Assembly: GCF_006345805.1 (NCBI RefSeq)
Contig: NC_043011.1
Span: 7,192,001-7,256,000 of the forward strand
Source: Octopus sinensis
Lineage: Eukaryota
Direction: 5' to 3'
Length of the DNA: 64,000 nucleotides
Numbering within the stretch: position 1 is the first letter of the stretch; every line of letters starts with the position of its first letter. Below the pieces are notes generated by a model that made no database searches, was not told the DNA's origin, and worked only from the letters and a program-made list of their open reading frames with translations. Both the position numbers and the translations under genes were made by a program. This document shows positions 26,094 to 40,491 of this stretch, piece by piece.

Positions 26094-26715
26094 AGGGATG
26101 TAGGAGTGATTGACAACAATCTCCGCTGGAAAACCCACATCAACAATCAAGCTGATGTGTCTCACAGGATGAGCCCCTGGATCCTCAGAACTTTCCAGTC
26201 CAGAGAGCAAGATGTCATCATTCTCGTCTTCTTTTCCGTTGTATGTCCACACCTAGAATATTGCTACCCTCTGTGGTCTCCCCACACCAAACAAAACATT
26301 ACGAGAATTGAGTCACCCCAGAGAGCATTCGCTAAAGCAATAAAAGGCATGACTGATCTTGACTGGGACCACATAAAAACATAGAATCTTTATTCTCACC
26401 AACACCACCAGGAGCACTTCATCACCGCTACATCAATGCAGAGAATATACCACCAGCATTACCCAAATGTCCTTAACATCAAATACAGAATTCATCCAAG
26501 GTTGGGGCCAAGTGCCATACGTCCCCAACACAATTCAGGATCACAACACATAAATTCACTTCAACAGGGCCATTATCCCAAAACAAATAAAAGAAGAAAA
26601 AGGATCCCATCACCTTCAAACGAAACCTGGACAAATTTCTTCAAGGAACACCGGATAAGCCACCTTTATCTGGAGACATCTCAGTCAACAACAACTCCCA
26701 ACTTGAATGGGCCAT
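26094..26715 (+). mobile_element. Old CR1-clade LINE RT C-terminal fragment, frameshifted
   Basis: RDVGVIDNNLRWKTHIN...VCPHLEYCYPLWSPHTKQNITRIESPQRAF matches the CR1 LEY...W.P...LE.VQR..T motif. Confidence 0.8.
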
Positions 26716-26816
26716 GATACCACAAAACTTGTCTTTAAAAAATGGTTTAATAAATCCTGTCAGGGGTGCTATTAAGTTAGGCATGGCCTTGGCCAATCTG
26801 GGTTATCTTATATATA

Positions 26817-26953
26817 AGGTTGTCCCAAAAGTTCGTAGAAAGTCTTGGAAAATAATGGTCTTTATTTTGAGGAATAATTTTTGTTGTTTTTGTTAGTACT
26901 TGGCGAGTAAAAATTCAATTTTCGCAAGTGTTTACGAACTTTTGGGACAACCT
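26817..26953. mobile_element. Mariner-type MITE, 137 bp
   Basis: Perfect 21-bp TIR aggttgtcccaaaagttcgta / tacgaacttttgggacaacct in a TA-rich context. Confidence 0.8.
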
Positions 26954-26965
26954 AATATATATGTA

Positions 26966-27152
26966 TATATAAGAATTTTTTGCGTAATGAGATAAAAAAA
27001 CCAAGGCTGTATAGATATTAGAGCATTTATAGATAGAAGGTCTTACAGCTGTTTCTAGAATATTAGAAGGTCTTACAGCTGTTTCTATCTATAAATGCTC
27101 TATCTACACAGCCTTGGTTTTTTTAACTCATCACACAAAAAATTCTTATATA
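26966..27152. repeat. Foldback repeat with an internal 24-bp direct duplication
   Basis: Arms tataagaatttttt...gagcatttatagatagaa and their reverse complement; tagaaggtcttacagctgtttcta at 27034 and 27064. Confidence 0.85.
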
Positions 27153-27938
27153 CACACACTGACATAGAACCAACGTTGAACCCTTTTATTCGCAATATAA
27201 CCAAATCTGGAACTTAACTATGGTCTGTCTATAGCACTTATTCAGCATTACCTGACACCTTTGGGTCTCAATGATACCATTATCTCTTATATATATATAT
27301 GTATATACACACACATAGATACCCAATCATGCATAATTCAGTTCAGTGTTACCGTAAACATTACAAAAGGTTCTTTCTTTCCAACTGAAGAACTCTGCTC
27401 GAAACTACATTGGTACCGACCATGGAATATAAAGTTAACCAAATTTCACAGACATTAGTTAAATGATATTTTGTCAATGTATAACACCACTGGCATCCAC
27501 AGACCCAAGGATTCTGGAATTTTCTTTTTTTTTTTTTTGATATCTTCACTAAAATTTTAAGTACCCTGTTGGAATTAAGAATAAAAAAAAAATTGAAAAT
27601 ATGATTAAGGCACAAGAGAAAAGAATTTTCCACACATTAAGGGTGAGAGGAAGGGACACAAAAATCTGTTTTTTTTTTCATATATATATTTTTCTTTGAG
27701 AATGGCATACATACAGTAATTTTATTTAGGTCATAAAATTTTTTTCTTTCCTTCTTTAAATTGCTGTCATTTTTTAAAATGCTCTTGAGAGTTTTTTTTG
27801 TTTTTTGTTTTTTCTGTTTTGCTTATTTCTTTTATTTTTGTTTGTTGTTCTTTCTTTGAAATGAAACACGGAAAAAAATAAAGAAAGAAAGAATAAAATA
27901 TCACAGGTATAAAAATGTTTTGAATATATATATATATA

Positions 27939-27969
<31 letters not shown>

Positions 27970-27987
27970 TGTATGTATGTATGTATG

Positions 27988-28034
<47 letters not shown>

Positions 28035-28408
28035 GTGTATGAGTGTGTATGTTTGTATATGCATATTGTATTGTATATATACTGAAGTCATGAAAATCTT
28101 TAATAAGTGAGCATGTCAATAATATACAGATATGTCAATCATGTCTGTATAAATAGTACTCATATTGAAGGATACCAATGTGTATATGCATTTCTAAGTC
28201 ATTCACACACACACACACATATATATATATATACTTCACAATCAAAGGTACAGAAATGGCATAATAAAAAGGTGACATAAACCAATGGTGGAGGAAGATC
28301 CTTGAATCAGGTGCTCCAAAACAGTTGGAAGGACGGGGGGTGGGGATCTATGTGAGCATGGAGTAAATAGTCAACTAGAAGAACACAGACAAAAAAAAAA
28401 AAACAAAC

Positions 28409-28681
28409 GTGAGGATATAGCACAAGCAGTGTATTAATGAGACGCTCATAGAAGGGAGATGAGTAGTTGTTTTACATTTCAGGCATAGCTCTTCTTTGGG
28501 AACAGGTAAAACAGGGAAGTCCAAAGGGAAAGAAGAAAGAAGGAGGGAAAACAAATCAACTGTTGACAATTTTCTCCTGTTTTACCTGTTTCCAAAGAAG
28601 AGCCACGCTTGAAATGTAAAACAACTACCCTCTTCTTTCTCTGAGCGTCTTCTTAATACATTGCTTGTGCTACATCCACAC
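28409..28681. repeat. Imperfect inverted repeat of a Penelope-like fragment with decayed hammerhead cores
   Basis: Arms 28409-28520 and 28572-28681; related to 33470-33670. Confidence 0.65.
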
Positions 28682-28699
28682 AATTGTTCTTTTCTTTTT

Positions 28700-30030
<1,331 letters not shown>

Positions 30031-30699
30031 TGTATGTATACACAAGTGAGTGACGAACTAAAGAAAGTGGCACACAACACATTCAGTAGGAGTTACATAT
30101 ATTGTTTGACAACAGTTTGATTCAGGTCCAGGCAACTTAAAGTTTAATAGGTTTGTCAAACAAACCCAATTTGTCATTGTAGAGACTAAAGAGTTAAGTC
30201 CTTTTTGCATGGAGCGGACTTGAACTGTTCATATATATATATATACACATATAAAAACTCACATGCACAAACAGATCCATCCTTGTTCATTCATCACTGG
30301 TGATTAGTCCAGGACTTCATTTAGACTGCAAAAGTCCAAACGTGTGCCCCTGCAACCACCCACAATGCTCAGGACAACTTGGGGGTCATGCAACAAAACC
30401 TATGTCCCTCCCCCACCATTTGCTTTGTTATTTTATTTATCACCGATTCATCTAACTAAAAGTTTTCTTTGTTTTGAAACCAAACACTCATGATGAACAA
30501 AGACACACACACACACAAATAAATGCTAAATTAAGCATATTATTTTAAGCCTAGTTTAAGAAGAACAATGGAACATTTACTGCTTTGTGTAAGGGAGGGG
30601 AAGAACTCAATACTGAGACTGAGTGGAATATATAATAAAGTTAGTGTCGAGTGGCTGGGCCTTCAAGTTTTGTCACACAACTTATTCACTTCTAACCAG

Positions 30700-31058
30700 A
30701 CGCACACACACACATATATACACGCATACACACATTTATAATGCATGTAGGGATTATATAAATGCATACATATGTGAAAATATATATGATATATATGTTT
30801 GTGATTGTGTCTATGTATGTGTATACATACACACACACATATATATACATACATATATATACACACATACATATATATATATATACACATACATATATAT
30901 ATACATATACATACATACACATACATATATATATATATACATATACTTACATATATATACATACATATATATATATATACATATACTTACATATATATAC
31001 ATACATATATATATATATACATATACTTACATATATATACATACATATATATATATAC

Positions 31059-31091
<33 letters not shown>

Positions 31092-31750
31092 ACATATACT
31101 TACATATATATACATACATATATATATACATATACTTACATATATATACATACATATATATATACACATACATATATACATACATACATATATACATACA
31201 CATACATATATATATACACATACATATATATACACATATATATATACATATATACATACATATATATATATATACATACACATACATATATATATATACA
31301 TACACATATATATATATATACATACACATATATATATATACATATATACATACACATATATATATACATATATACATACACATATATATATATACATATA
31401 TACATACACATATATATATATACATATATACATACATATATATATATACATATATACATACATATATATATATACATATATACATACATATATATATAAT
31501 ATATATATACATACATATATATATATACATACATATATATATATATACATACATATAATATATATATATATTCATATATATACATATATATACATACATA
31601 CATATACATACATACATATATTATATACATATATATACATACATACATATACATACATACATATATATATACATACATATATATATATACATACACATAC
31701 ATATATAACATACATACATATACATACATACATATATATATATACATACA

Positions 31751-31834
<84 letters not shown>

Positions 31835-32010
31835 CATACATATTTATAAGGATAAAGATTATGATGATATATATTTATAATGCATGTAATCATATAATAT
31901 GCATTGCTTTATATGTCTGTGTACAGTATATATATATATATATATATATACATATATATACATACATATATGTATATATAGGTTTGTGTATGCGTGAGTG
32001 TGTGTATATC
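30700..32010. repeat. Degenerate (TACA)n/(TA)n array, about 1.3 kb
   Basis: Directly visible; source of the long Y/I/H/T pseudo-ORFs. Confidence 0.95.
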
Positions 32011-33050
32011 TCACATGCACCCACTCATACAAACATCCATGTATACACACACTGGTATCAGGTTTTGATAAAAATGACCAACAAGAAAATAATAAAATCA
32101 AAATTTCAAGCTAAACTTAGTTGCAGCTTTGAAGCCACTCAGAGAATTCATTGCTCTGCTTTAAAACTTGGAATCAAAACCTTAAAAAATGATAATAGGA
32201 ATTTAGGATTTAAAAACAAAAAGACAAAAATCAATTAAGCATCATTAAATAAATGAATAAACCTTTCATTCCTTTAAAATCAAATTAATATAGGTAATTA
32301 TATTATTTCTCATTGTAAAATATTTTGTTAGAAATTTCCAACTGATAACAAACACGCATAACATACATACACACACACACACCCACATGTGTGTGCATGC
32401 ATGTATGAACACACACATGCATGCACATACACATATACATATTTAGAGCAAGGTTTCATTCCACCAATTGCTACTCAGAGTAGTGGCTCTGCGAAAACTC
32501 AGGTTTAGAAAATGATGAGACACATGTATTTAGTACTTCCCTCTCCCCTTTTTGATTTGGCCATCCGAACATGCACATATTACACACACACACACACACA
32601 CACACTCAATGCATACATATATATATATATAAGCATATATATACGCAAGTATATATATATATATATATTCAATACACACTGGAAAGGATAAATAATATGT
32701 ATATATATATCATGATATATCTTGATCTGGTTATCTATAAGAATCAGAAAATATGAGAGAGAAGACAGAGGAAGAGAGAGAGAGAGTGAGAGAATGTGAG
32801 AGAGAACAGATTGGTAGAGAAGCAGAAACAGAAAGAGACGGAGAGAAGGAAGGAAGAATGAGATTTGAAAAAATTCAAACGAAAATTAAGTTTGAAAATT
32901 TGGAGAAGTCATTTTGGTTTGTGTTTTTAAAGTCTGTTTTTTTGAAACTTTGATCCCAATTTGACTTGTGAAACAATTAATGTCTTTTGTTGTTGTTGTT
33001 GTTGTCTGTCTCTCTTTCTGAGAGATAACTGAAGACAACGGTGAAGCAGT

Positions 33051-33185
33051 TCATCTTTGGAAATAATCGTTGGCTTTAGGGTATTGTAGGTGTTGGGCTT
33101 TCGTAGAAGAGAATTGGTGGGGCACCTGTACATTGTAATATTGTCCATCTTTCGGATAACCAGGTTTGCAGGAATCAGGTAAAGT
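33051..33185 (-). CDS. Terminal coding exon of the VOPP1/WBP1-family gene: TLPDSCKPGYPKDGQYYNVQVPHQFSSTKAQHLQYPKANDYFQR*
   Basis: Acceptor ttctgcttgttcttttgcag|ACT. Phase 0 matches the 36556 donor; 44 codons then TGA at 33053-33051. Confidence 0.8.
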   Translation of the reverse strand, partial: TLPDSCKPGYPKDGQYYNVQVPHQFSSTKAQHLQYPKANDYFQR

Positions 33186-33543
33186 CTGCAAAAGAACAAG
33201 CAGAATTACTTACAAAAGAAAACAAAAAAAAAACGAAAATGAGAATAAATAAAATATAATGATCTATGGTGGTGGAGGGAGGTGATGGAGAAGGATGACC
33301 AAAAATGTTGTTATCCCATCAAAGCCACCACATCAACTGATCTTGTTGAGTGACTTGCAGCATAAGTATATGTATGGCAGATTGCATACATTTCTGTTTG
33401 AGTTAGTATTAGTAATTGCAATATTATATATATATATGTATATATTTATATATATATATTTTGCTTTCAAAATGTGACCTCGTGTGTACCGTTGGCGATT
33501 TTTTTCCCTCTGTCTTCCCTTCTCTGGATCTTTCCCTCTCCTA

Positions 33544-33580
33544 TATTTCCGACGAAGAGCTCCGCTCGAAACGTTAAACC
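33544..33580 (+). ncRNA. Decayed minimal hammerhead motif in a Penelope-like fragment
   Basis: attt CCGACGA a gagc-tcc-gctc GAAAC GT T aaac; core U4 changed to C. Confidence 0.55.
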
Positions 33581-33679
33581 CTCCTTCTTTCCTGAGCGTC
33601 CAATAATACTATATTTGTTCCATGTCCTTGCATTGTTGTGTTTTTTTGTGCTTTCTTGTTTGGATTAACTTTATATATA

Positions 33680-34166
33680 TACCATACAAAGGTAATAATT
33701 ATTTAAAACTATAAATTAGGGTATCTGAGAGATACAACCATGCTGAAATAGCAGTCAAAACCCTGAACCTAATACCACCTTAAAAGTTCATATTGCGCCA
33801 GGAGACAAGACAGAGAGACAAAATAAACTGGCAGGCAATTTAACCTGGTCTTGTACATACGTGCATATATATGTATGCATGAGCGCTTGGAGATATGTAA
33901 GTATAACGTATGTTCTGTATATATGTACTTATCTGGTATATTCAACTGAAGAAGGCAGAGCTTCTCTGAAGCAAAGTCAGAAATCCAGGATCTTGAATTA
34001 TCCAGTAAAATCTTTTTTGCTAGTTTATTTTGTCTCTCTGTCTTCTCTCCTGGCGCGATATGAACTTTTGGTATTAGGGTCAGGGTTTTGACTGCTATTT
34101 CAGCATGGTGGTATCTCTCAGATACCCTAATTTATAGTTTTAAATAATTATTACCTTTGTATGGTA
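33680..34166. repeat. Foldback inverted repeat (about 150-bp arms, about 185-bp spacer)
   Basis: taccatacaaaggtaataattatttaaaac... versus ...gttttaaataattattacctttgtatggta. Confidence 0.9.
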
Positions 34167-35149
34167 TTTATTCCCATGCTGGCCACTTGATAAGATCGAT
34201 ATTTAAATATCGATATTATCCTTATTTATAAATTTATATATATATATATATATATATGTATAGTGCTGCCTGACTGGTCCTGTATTGGTGGCATGTAAAA
34301 AGCACCATTAAAACGTGGTTGTTGTCGGTGCTGCCTGACTGGCTCCCATGCTGGTGGCATGTAAAAAGCACCCACTACACTCTCAGATTGGTTGGTGCTA
34401 GGAGGGGCATCCAGCTGTAGAAACTTTGCCACATCAGATTGGAGCCTGGTGCAACCTTCTGACTTGCCACCCCTCAGTCAAACCGTCCAACCCATGCCAG
34501 CATGGAAAGCAGACATTAAATGACGATGACGACGATGATGATATGATGTGACCCTGTGGTAAGAAGTTTGCTTTCCAGCCACATGATTCTGGGTTCAGCC
34601 CCATTGTGTGGCACCTTGGGCAAATGTCTTCTGCTATAGCCTTGCGAGTGGATTTGGTAGACAGAAATTGAGAGGTGCCTGTCGTATTTATCCCCCATCA
34701 CTGCTTGACAACCAGTGTTGATGTGCTTAAGTCCCTGTAACTTAGAAGTTTGGCAAAAGGGACTGATAGAATATGTACTGAGGTTGATTCATTCGACAAA
34801 ATTTCTTCAAGGTGATGCTCCAGCATGGCCACAGTTTTATCTTTATTTATTATCTGTCTTCCATGCTGGCATGGATGGAGCAGTTAGACAGGAGCCGGCA
34901 AGCCAGAGGACTTCACCAAGCTCTATATCTGCTTTGGATACCTTTTCTAATACCAATCACTTGAGAGTGCACAGGGTGCTTTTCGTGTGGCACCAGCACC
35001 AGTGGGGTCACCAGGTAACTTGTAAAGCAAAGATTCTTCAAGTGAGATGGGGAATGGTATTGTATAAGGTGGCTTTGTGGCCAGGTGATGAGAGTTTAAA
35101 CTGTGATAGAGGCTCAGAAACAGGTGTCTCTAGCTGCAGAGAAGATACA

Positions 35150-35384
35150 AAGGCAGCGAGCTGGCAGAAACGTTAGCACGCTGGGCGAAATGGTTAGCGG
35201 TATTTCGTCTGCTGTTATGTTCTGAGTTCAAATTCCGCCACGGTCGACTTTGCTTTTCATCCTTTCGAGGTCAATGAATTAAGTACCAGTTACACACTGG
35301 GGTCGATGTAATCAACTTAATCCTTTTGTCTGTCCTTGTTTGTCCCCTCTATATTTAGCCCCTTGTGGGCAATAAAGAAATAAG
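35150..35384 (+). mobile_element. SINE family B (Nin-type)
   Basis: Same consensus as 10268-10492. Confidence 0.85.
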
Positions 35385-35659
35385 ATACATGGTTACCCTA
35401 GTCAGAGGGAGAGAGAGAGGGTGGGTGAGCGATATGGTGGCAATGTGCAAGGTATATCCTCAATATATAAGGAGATGAATGTTAACAGAGTGGTATGGAA
35501 TTGGACAGGGTACACAACACACATGCACTGCTTTCCATGCGGGCATGTCTTGGACAGGTCACCACTGCCCCTAAATACTAGTGCTTTAACATTTCATTTG
35601 ACATAGAGGACCAATTCTAGAAAACATCTCGGTTGAATTCTTACCCCTGGATGTTCTTC

Positions 35660-36105
35660 CTAACATCATCATCATCATCATTGTTCGACCGTGGTCGAGA
35701 CAATGGAATTTACCATGCTACGCCAGACTTCACGGTCCATCATGGCATTACGGAGGTCCTGTTGCTGGATGCCTGTATCCCTGGAGATTACATCAGGGTA
35801 GGAGAGTGTGCGCCCTCTGGTATTGCGAGTAGATGGCTTCCAGAGGAGAAGAGTAGAAATTACCTCTTTTTCAGCTCTACAACAATGTCCAGCAAACTGG
35901 ACTCTCCTACCTTTCACAAGAGATGACACAGGTGGTAGTTTCCCATATATTTGCATTTTGGTTGGATGGTGCTTCCATGAGAGATTTTGAGCTCTCATAA
36001 GGAGGCGAGTGTAGGTTCCATCCAACTGCCTCTCAAGCTTCTTTGATAACGTCCAGGTTTCTGAGCCATATAGTAGAATTGGTTCGACTGTGGCTTTGAA
36101 GATTT
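35660..36105 (-). mobile_element. RTE-clade LINE 3' fragment (second RTE family)
   Basis: IFKATVEPILLYGSETWTL...RRVQFAGHCCR...DREVWR, followed by a (TGA)n tail. Confidence 0.85.
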
Positions 36106-36555
36106 CCTAACACCGGCCAACTTACACAGTTATACTCAGTACATATATCATGGCACCAACACTAAAGAGATTCTCATATCTTCAGCACGACTAAGGAGTT
36201 CACACCACTTTAGATAAGTATAGACACAATATAACTTTACAGTCACAATGTAACTGTACCTATTGTCACAATAAAGCTGGAGTTATAGTCACAATATAGT
36301 TGTAATCACAGACTAGCTGTAGCTATAGTCACATTATAGTCATGTTTATCCTGGTTTGTATCACATGTGCCATTGGATATTGACTCACCAAAGTTTTACA
36401 CAACTTCATATTTATAATGGCATGCATCTTTATTCCATTCTGGAGAAATGGTGGTGCAATGTTATGAATAAGAGGCTTCAGGTAACAAAATGATGAAGAC
36501 AGAGAAATCAAATGGACAAATCAGCAGAAAAAAAGAAAAAAAGAGTGATACATAC

Positions 36556-36691
36556 AGCATTCATGGCACCATGTGAGTGAATTGTTGTATAAGGAATATC
36601 TGTGCGAATTATCAAATAGTTTCTGTTTTGTCTGTATTTCCAGAAACAACCAAAGAAGAACAGTAAAATGAGGATAATGCCAAAACCGAAC
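36556..36691 (-). CDS. Transmembrane exon of the VOPP1/WBP1-family gene: (W)FGFGIILILLFFFGCFWKYRQNRNYLIIRTDIPYTTIHSHGAMNA
   Basis: Acceptor ctcctttttttttctcttccag|G and donor GCT|gtatgt; 136 nt. The phase-2 start completes TGG with the 58146 exon, giving LWYFWF, then a hydrophobic helix and a KYRQNR stop-transfer segment. Confidence 0.9.
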
Positions 36692-36969
36692 CTGGAAGAG
36701 AAAAAAAAAGGAGAAACAGGAATTAGAGTACAGGTATGAGAAGAAATGAATTAAAGTAAGGAAAAAGAGAAACAATGAAGTGCAAAATTTTTTCAGAGTT
36801 AAAGATATTCTATAAGGGACTTTGATATCCTTTCTGTATGAGAGAGGGGATCTGGGAGGCGTATGACTGATCTTCAATAAAAAAAAAACAATGCTATTAC
36901 TAAATAAAACAAAAATGACAAGGCTTTTTCTTTTCAAATTAGGGCTTCACACACACACACACACAAATA

Positions 36970-37165
36970 TAAGAGAGAGTTGAAAAGTTCTGGGCTAATG
37001 GGTAAAAGGAATTAAAGAAGGATTTTATTCAACATATTCTCCTCTTAGATTCACACATTTATTGCAGTGGTCCTTCAGTTTTTCTAAGCCCTGAAAGATT
37101 GGGCCACCAACCAGGCCTTTCATGATACCCTTAAAGCCGAGAACTTTTCACCCCCCCCCCATGTA
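36970..37165. mobile_element. Mariner-like MITE (degraded)
   Basis: gagagagttgaaaagttc / gaacttttcaccccccc ends in TA context. Confidence 0.5.
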
Positions 37166-37934
37166 TGTGAGTGTATTAATACTTAGCAGAAGTAACAGAG
37201 TGACTCAAGGGCTCATAATACCAAACCTATACATATATATGTGTGTATGTATGTACATATACTATAATATATATATAATCAGTATCCTTTTACATCCCCT
37301 TTCCAAGCTGGCATAGGTTGGACAGGTATCATGTTTTGAATTAACCTTTATTCAGAGTTACTGTCCACTTAGAAGGTTTGGCAGACCACATCTTGTTTGT
37401 GTGTTTCCTTTTTGGCCGTGTTCCTAGAGTTCCTTCATTGGTAACCTTATTATTATCAACAACTTTTCAGAATGTACTCGATGTAGTTTATCATGGCACC
37501 AGTAGTAAAAAGGTTGCCAATGTTGTCTCTACACATTTTACATACTGCACTGGGTGCATTTCATAAGTGAGGTGACCTCGTAAACCCATAAAACTGGAAT
37601 GCCCTCATTACTCTGCCCCATGAAGCAGTCAATTAAAAGAAGGAGTGATGATAGATAAACTAGGACAGGTGAGTGTAGGGAGCAGGAATACGAGAGCAGA
37701 AACAGTGATTGGGTGAAAGTGATAGAATAGAATGTGCATGCAGGTGTGTATAGATAACACACCTGCACACACACATTTATCATCATCATCACCATCAGCA
37801 TTTTAACATCTACTTCTCCATACTCGCATGGGTCAGATGGAATATGTTATCTTAGTTTGCATCACATGTGCCATTGCATATTGACACACCAAAGTTTTAC
37901 ACAACTTCATATTTACAATGGTATGTGCTAACGA

Positions 37935-38346
37935 CACCATCCAAGCGGGATCACTGCCAGAGCAGCTGTCTGGCACGTAAAGAGCACCATTTGAGCGTGA
38001 TCGTTGTCAGCATCGCCTCACTGGCACGTGAACAAAACATTCGAGCGAGGTCGTTGCCAGTGCTGCTGGACTGACTCCTGTGCAGATGGCACGTAAAAAA
38101 CACCATTTTCGAGTGTGGCCGTTGCCAGTACAGCCAGACTGGCCCTTGTGCCGATGGCACTTTAAAAGCACCCACTACACTCTCAGAGTGATTGGCATTA
38201 GGAAGGGCATCCAGCTGTAGAAACTCTGCCAGATCAGATTGGAGCCTGGCGCAGCCATCTGGTTCGCCAGACCTCAGTCAAATTGTCCAACCCATGCTAG
38301 CATGGAAAGCGGACGTTAAACGATGATGATGAAGATGATGATGATG
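37935..38346 (+). mobile_element. RTE 3'-UTR fragment with tandem units
   Basis: Ends ggacgttaaacgatgatgat; possible GTATG target duplication. Confidence 0.8.
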
Positions 38347-39163
38347 TATGCATCTTATTCCATTCTGGAGAAATGGTAGTGTAATGTTGTGTATCTTTAC
38401 TAATAACATTTATGTTGTCGAGCAGTCTTTGTCTCTGTTTGGGTGTGGAAAACACAAAAACTATGTGGAATATGTTGAGGCGGATTCTCTATGGCCAGGT
38501 GCCTTTCCTATTGCCAACCCTCACCTTTTCCAGGTGAGGTAATATTTCCCATGACCAGACATGGTTCTACAGAAGATTGGAAATGAAGGATACAGCTTCC
38601 ATGACAGTGACACTCACTATCAAACAATGTCAAAGCACGGAGGCACTAACACACACACACACAGATATACACATACATATTTATGTACACACACACGCAC
38701 GCATAAATTTCCTTCAATTTCCATTAACTAAATCCATTCACAAGGCTTTGGTCAACCAGGAATCCTAGAAGAAAATAGATGCCCAAAGTGCCACACAGTG
38801 GTACCGAAACCACAAACTTGTGATTGGGTAGCAAACTAAGCTTCTTAACATCCAACCTATGCACACACACACACACACACACACTCATTCTAAATCATCT
38901 TATTTAAAAAAAAAATAAGGCCACATTCAAAAGATGCTGGGCTACATAATTCATTAAAAGGCTTTATCTCTCTACATTATACAAATGTCTTTTTCTTTTT
39001 TACCTCATGGGATGTTATCAAGAGTTATCTTGTCAAGATGACACCCTGTAGGGTGGAAATAATTAGCATGTCAGAATGATAACTCCAGCGCAAGAAGATG
39101 AAACAAAATAAAGCAAATAGTTATCTCCCTTGTTACTCATCTTACCTCTTAGCGTTGACCTGT

Positions 39164-39562
39164 TACTCTTTACTCTTTTACTTGTTTCAGTCATTTGACT
39201 GCGGCCATGCTGGAGCACCGCCTTTAGTCGTGCAAATCGACCCCGGGACTTATTCTTTGTAAGCCCAGTACTTATTCTATCGGTCTCTTTTACCGAACCG
39301 CTAAGTTACGGGGACGTGAACACACCAGCATCGGTTGTCAAGCAATGTGAGGGGGACAAACACAGACACACACACACATACATATATATACATATATACG
39401 ACAGGCTTCTTTCAGTTTCCGTCTACCAAATCCACTCACAAGGCATTGGTCGGCCCGGGGCTATAGCAGAAGACACTTGCCCAAGATGCCACGCAGTGGG
39501 ACTGAACCCGGAACCATGTGGTTGGTTAGCAAGCTACTTACCACACAGCCACTCCTGCGCCT
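39164..39562 (-). mobile_element. SINE family A, intact
   Basis: Near-identical to other A copies. Confidence 0.9.
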
Positions 39563-40460
39563 GTTCTCCATTTTTCCTTGTTTTTCAATCCCACACTTGC
39601 ACACTCGTCTGTTTATCTACTCCCACCTACATCTTCTTTGTTTATTTCTAGTCACTCCACAACATACCTTCATTACTGATTCCATTTACTGCTTTGGTGA
39701 AGCCGTGGTTCATGTGAGTGTGGCGGGGGGGGGGGGGCAAATGCATTTGTGTGCATATGAGACCTTAACTACATTCATCAGGTTTCTTCACGTCAGACTG
39801 TAGGTATGTGTGTGTAAGTATGCATATGCACGTGTGTGCGACATACAGGTGTTTCTGATCAGGTTTCCTTAATTATTACCCCCCCACCCCCACCCCACAC
39901 CCCCCAACAGCAAATCCACGCAATTACTAGACATCAAAATACCATTGAGCTGTTGATGTTATTAAGTGGTATCTCTTATTCTCTTTTTCATAAAAAAAAA
40001 AGAAATGTGACTCCTTGAGGCACACCTGAATTCTACTCATACAAGGACATAGCAACAAAAGAGACTCCAGAAAGTCATACTATCTGCTAGAAATAGCAAC
40101 CAAATTTCTCTCATTATTTTCTGCTATCTTAGACGAGGAAGTGCACAGTGAATGATGAGGTAGTCCCTGATACATCAAGGAATGATTGCCCCTTGCTAAG
40201 TAGTTCAAACAAGGGCACACAACCCCAGGAGTTCAATGACTCCTCCAAGTGCCTTGTGTCCTGTGTTGCTGACAGTAAGAAAGCCTTCTCCACATGTAAA
40301 CGACTAGCCAGAAGGGTGTGTAACCTGCGTCAAAGAATCCAACAATCAAGTGGTTAAAAACTGACAAAGCTTGCCTTCTTCGGGGCAAGTGCAGAGAAAA
40401 TTTGTCTCGGTGGAGGTGAGTCATGGACTCGGAAGAATGAGCTGCAGGATTGCCTTGATG

Positions 40461-40461
<1 letters not shown>

Positions 40462-40491
<30 letters not shown>

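Noticed and set aside
30623-32238. Long ORFs (311, 245, 477, 233 aa)
   Set aside because: Translations of stop-free (TA)/(TACA) microsatellite; Y/I/H/T only.
32927-33199. 90-aa ORF overlapping the terminal exon in another frame
   Set aside because: The phase-0 donor of the TM exon fixes the TLPDSC frame; this frame runs into a CAA microsatellite.
33260-33400. TACTAAC branch point and an LPPPP* frame near the last exon as a PPxY exon
   Set aside because: Stops in all frames; the codon after PPPP is TAG, not Tyr.
39652-39715. Plus-strand exon-like segment (ttctag|...cat|gtgagt)
   Set aside because: Antisense inside the gene's intron, with no partner exons.
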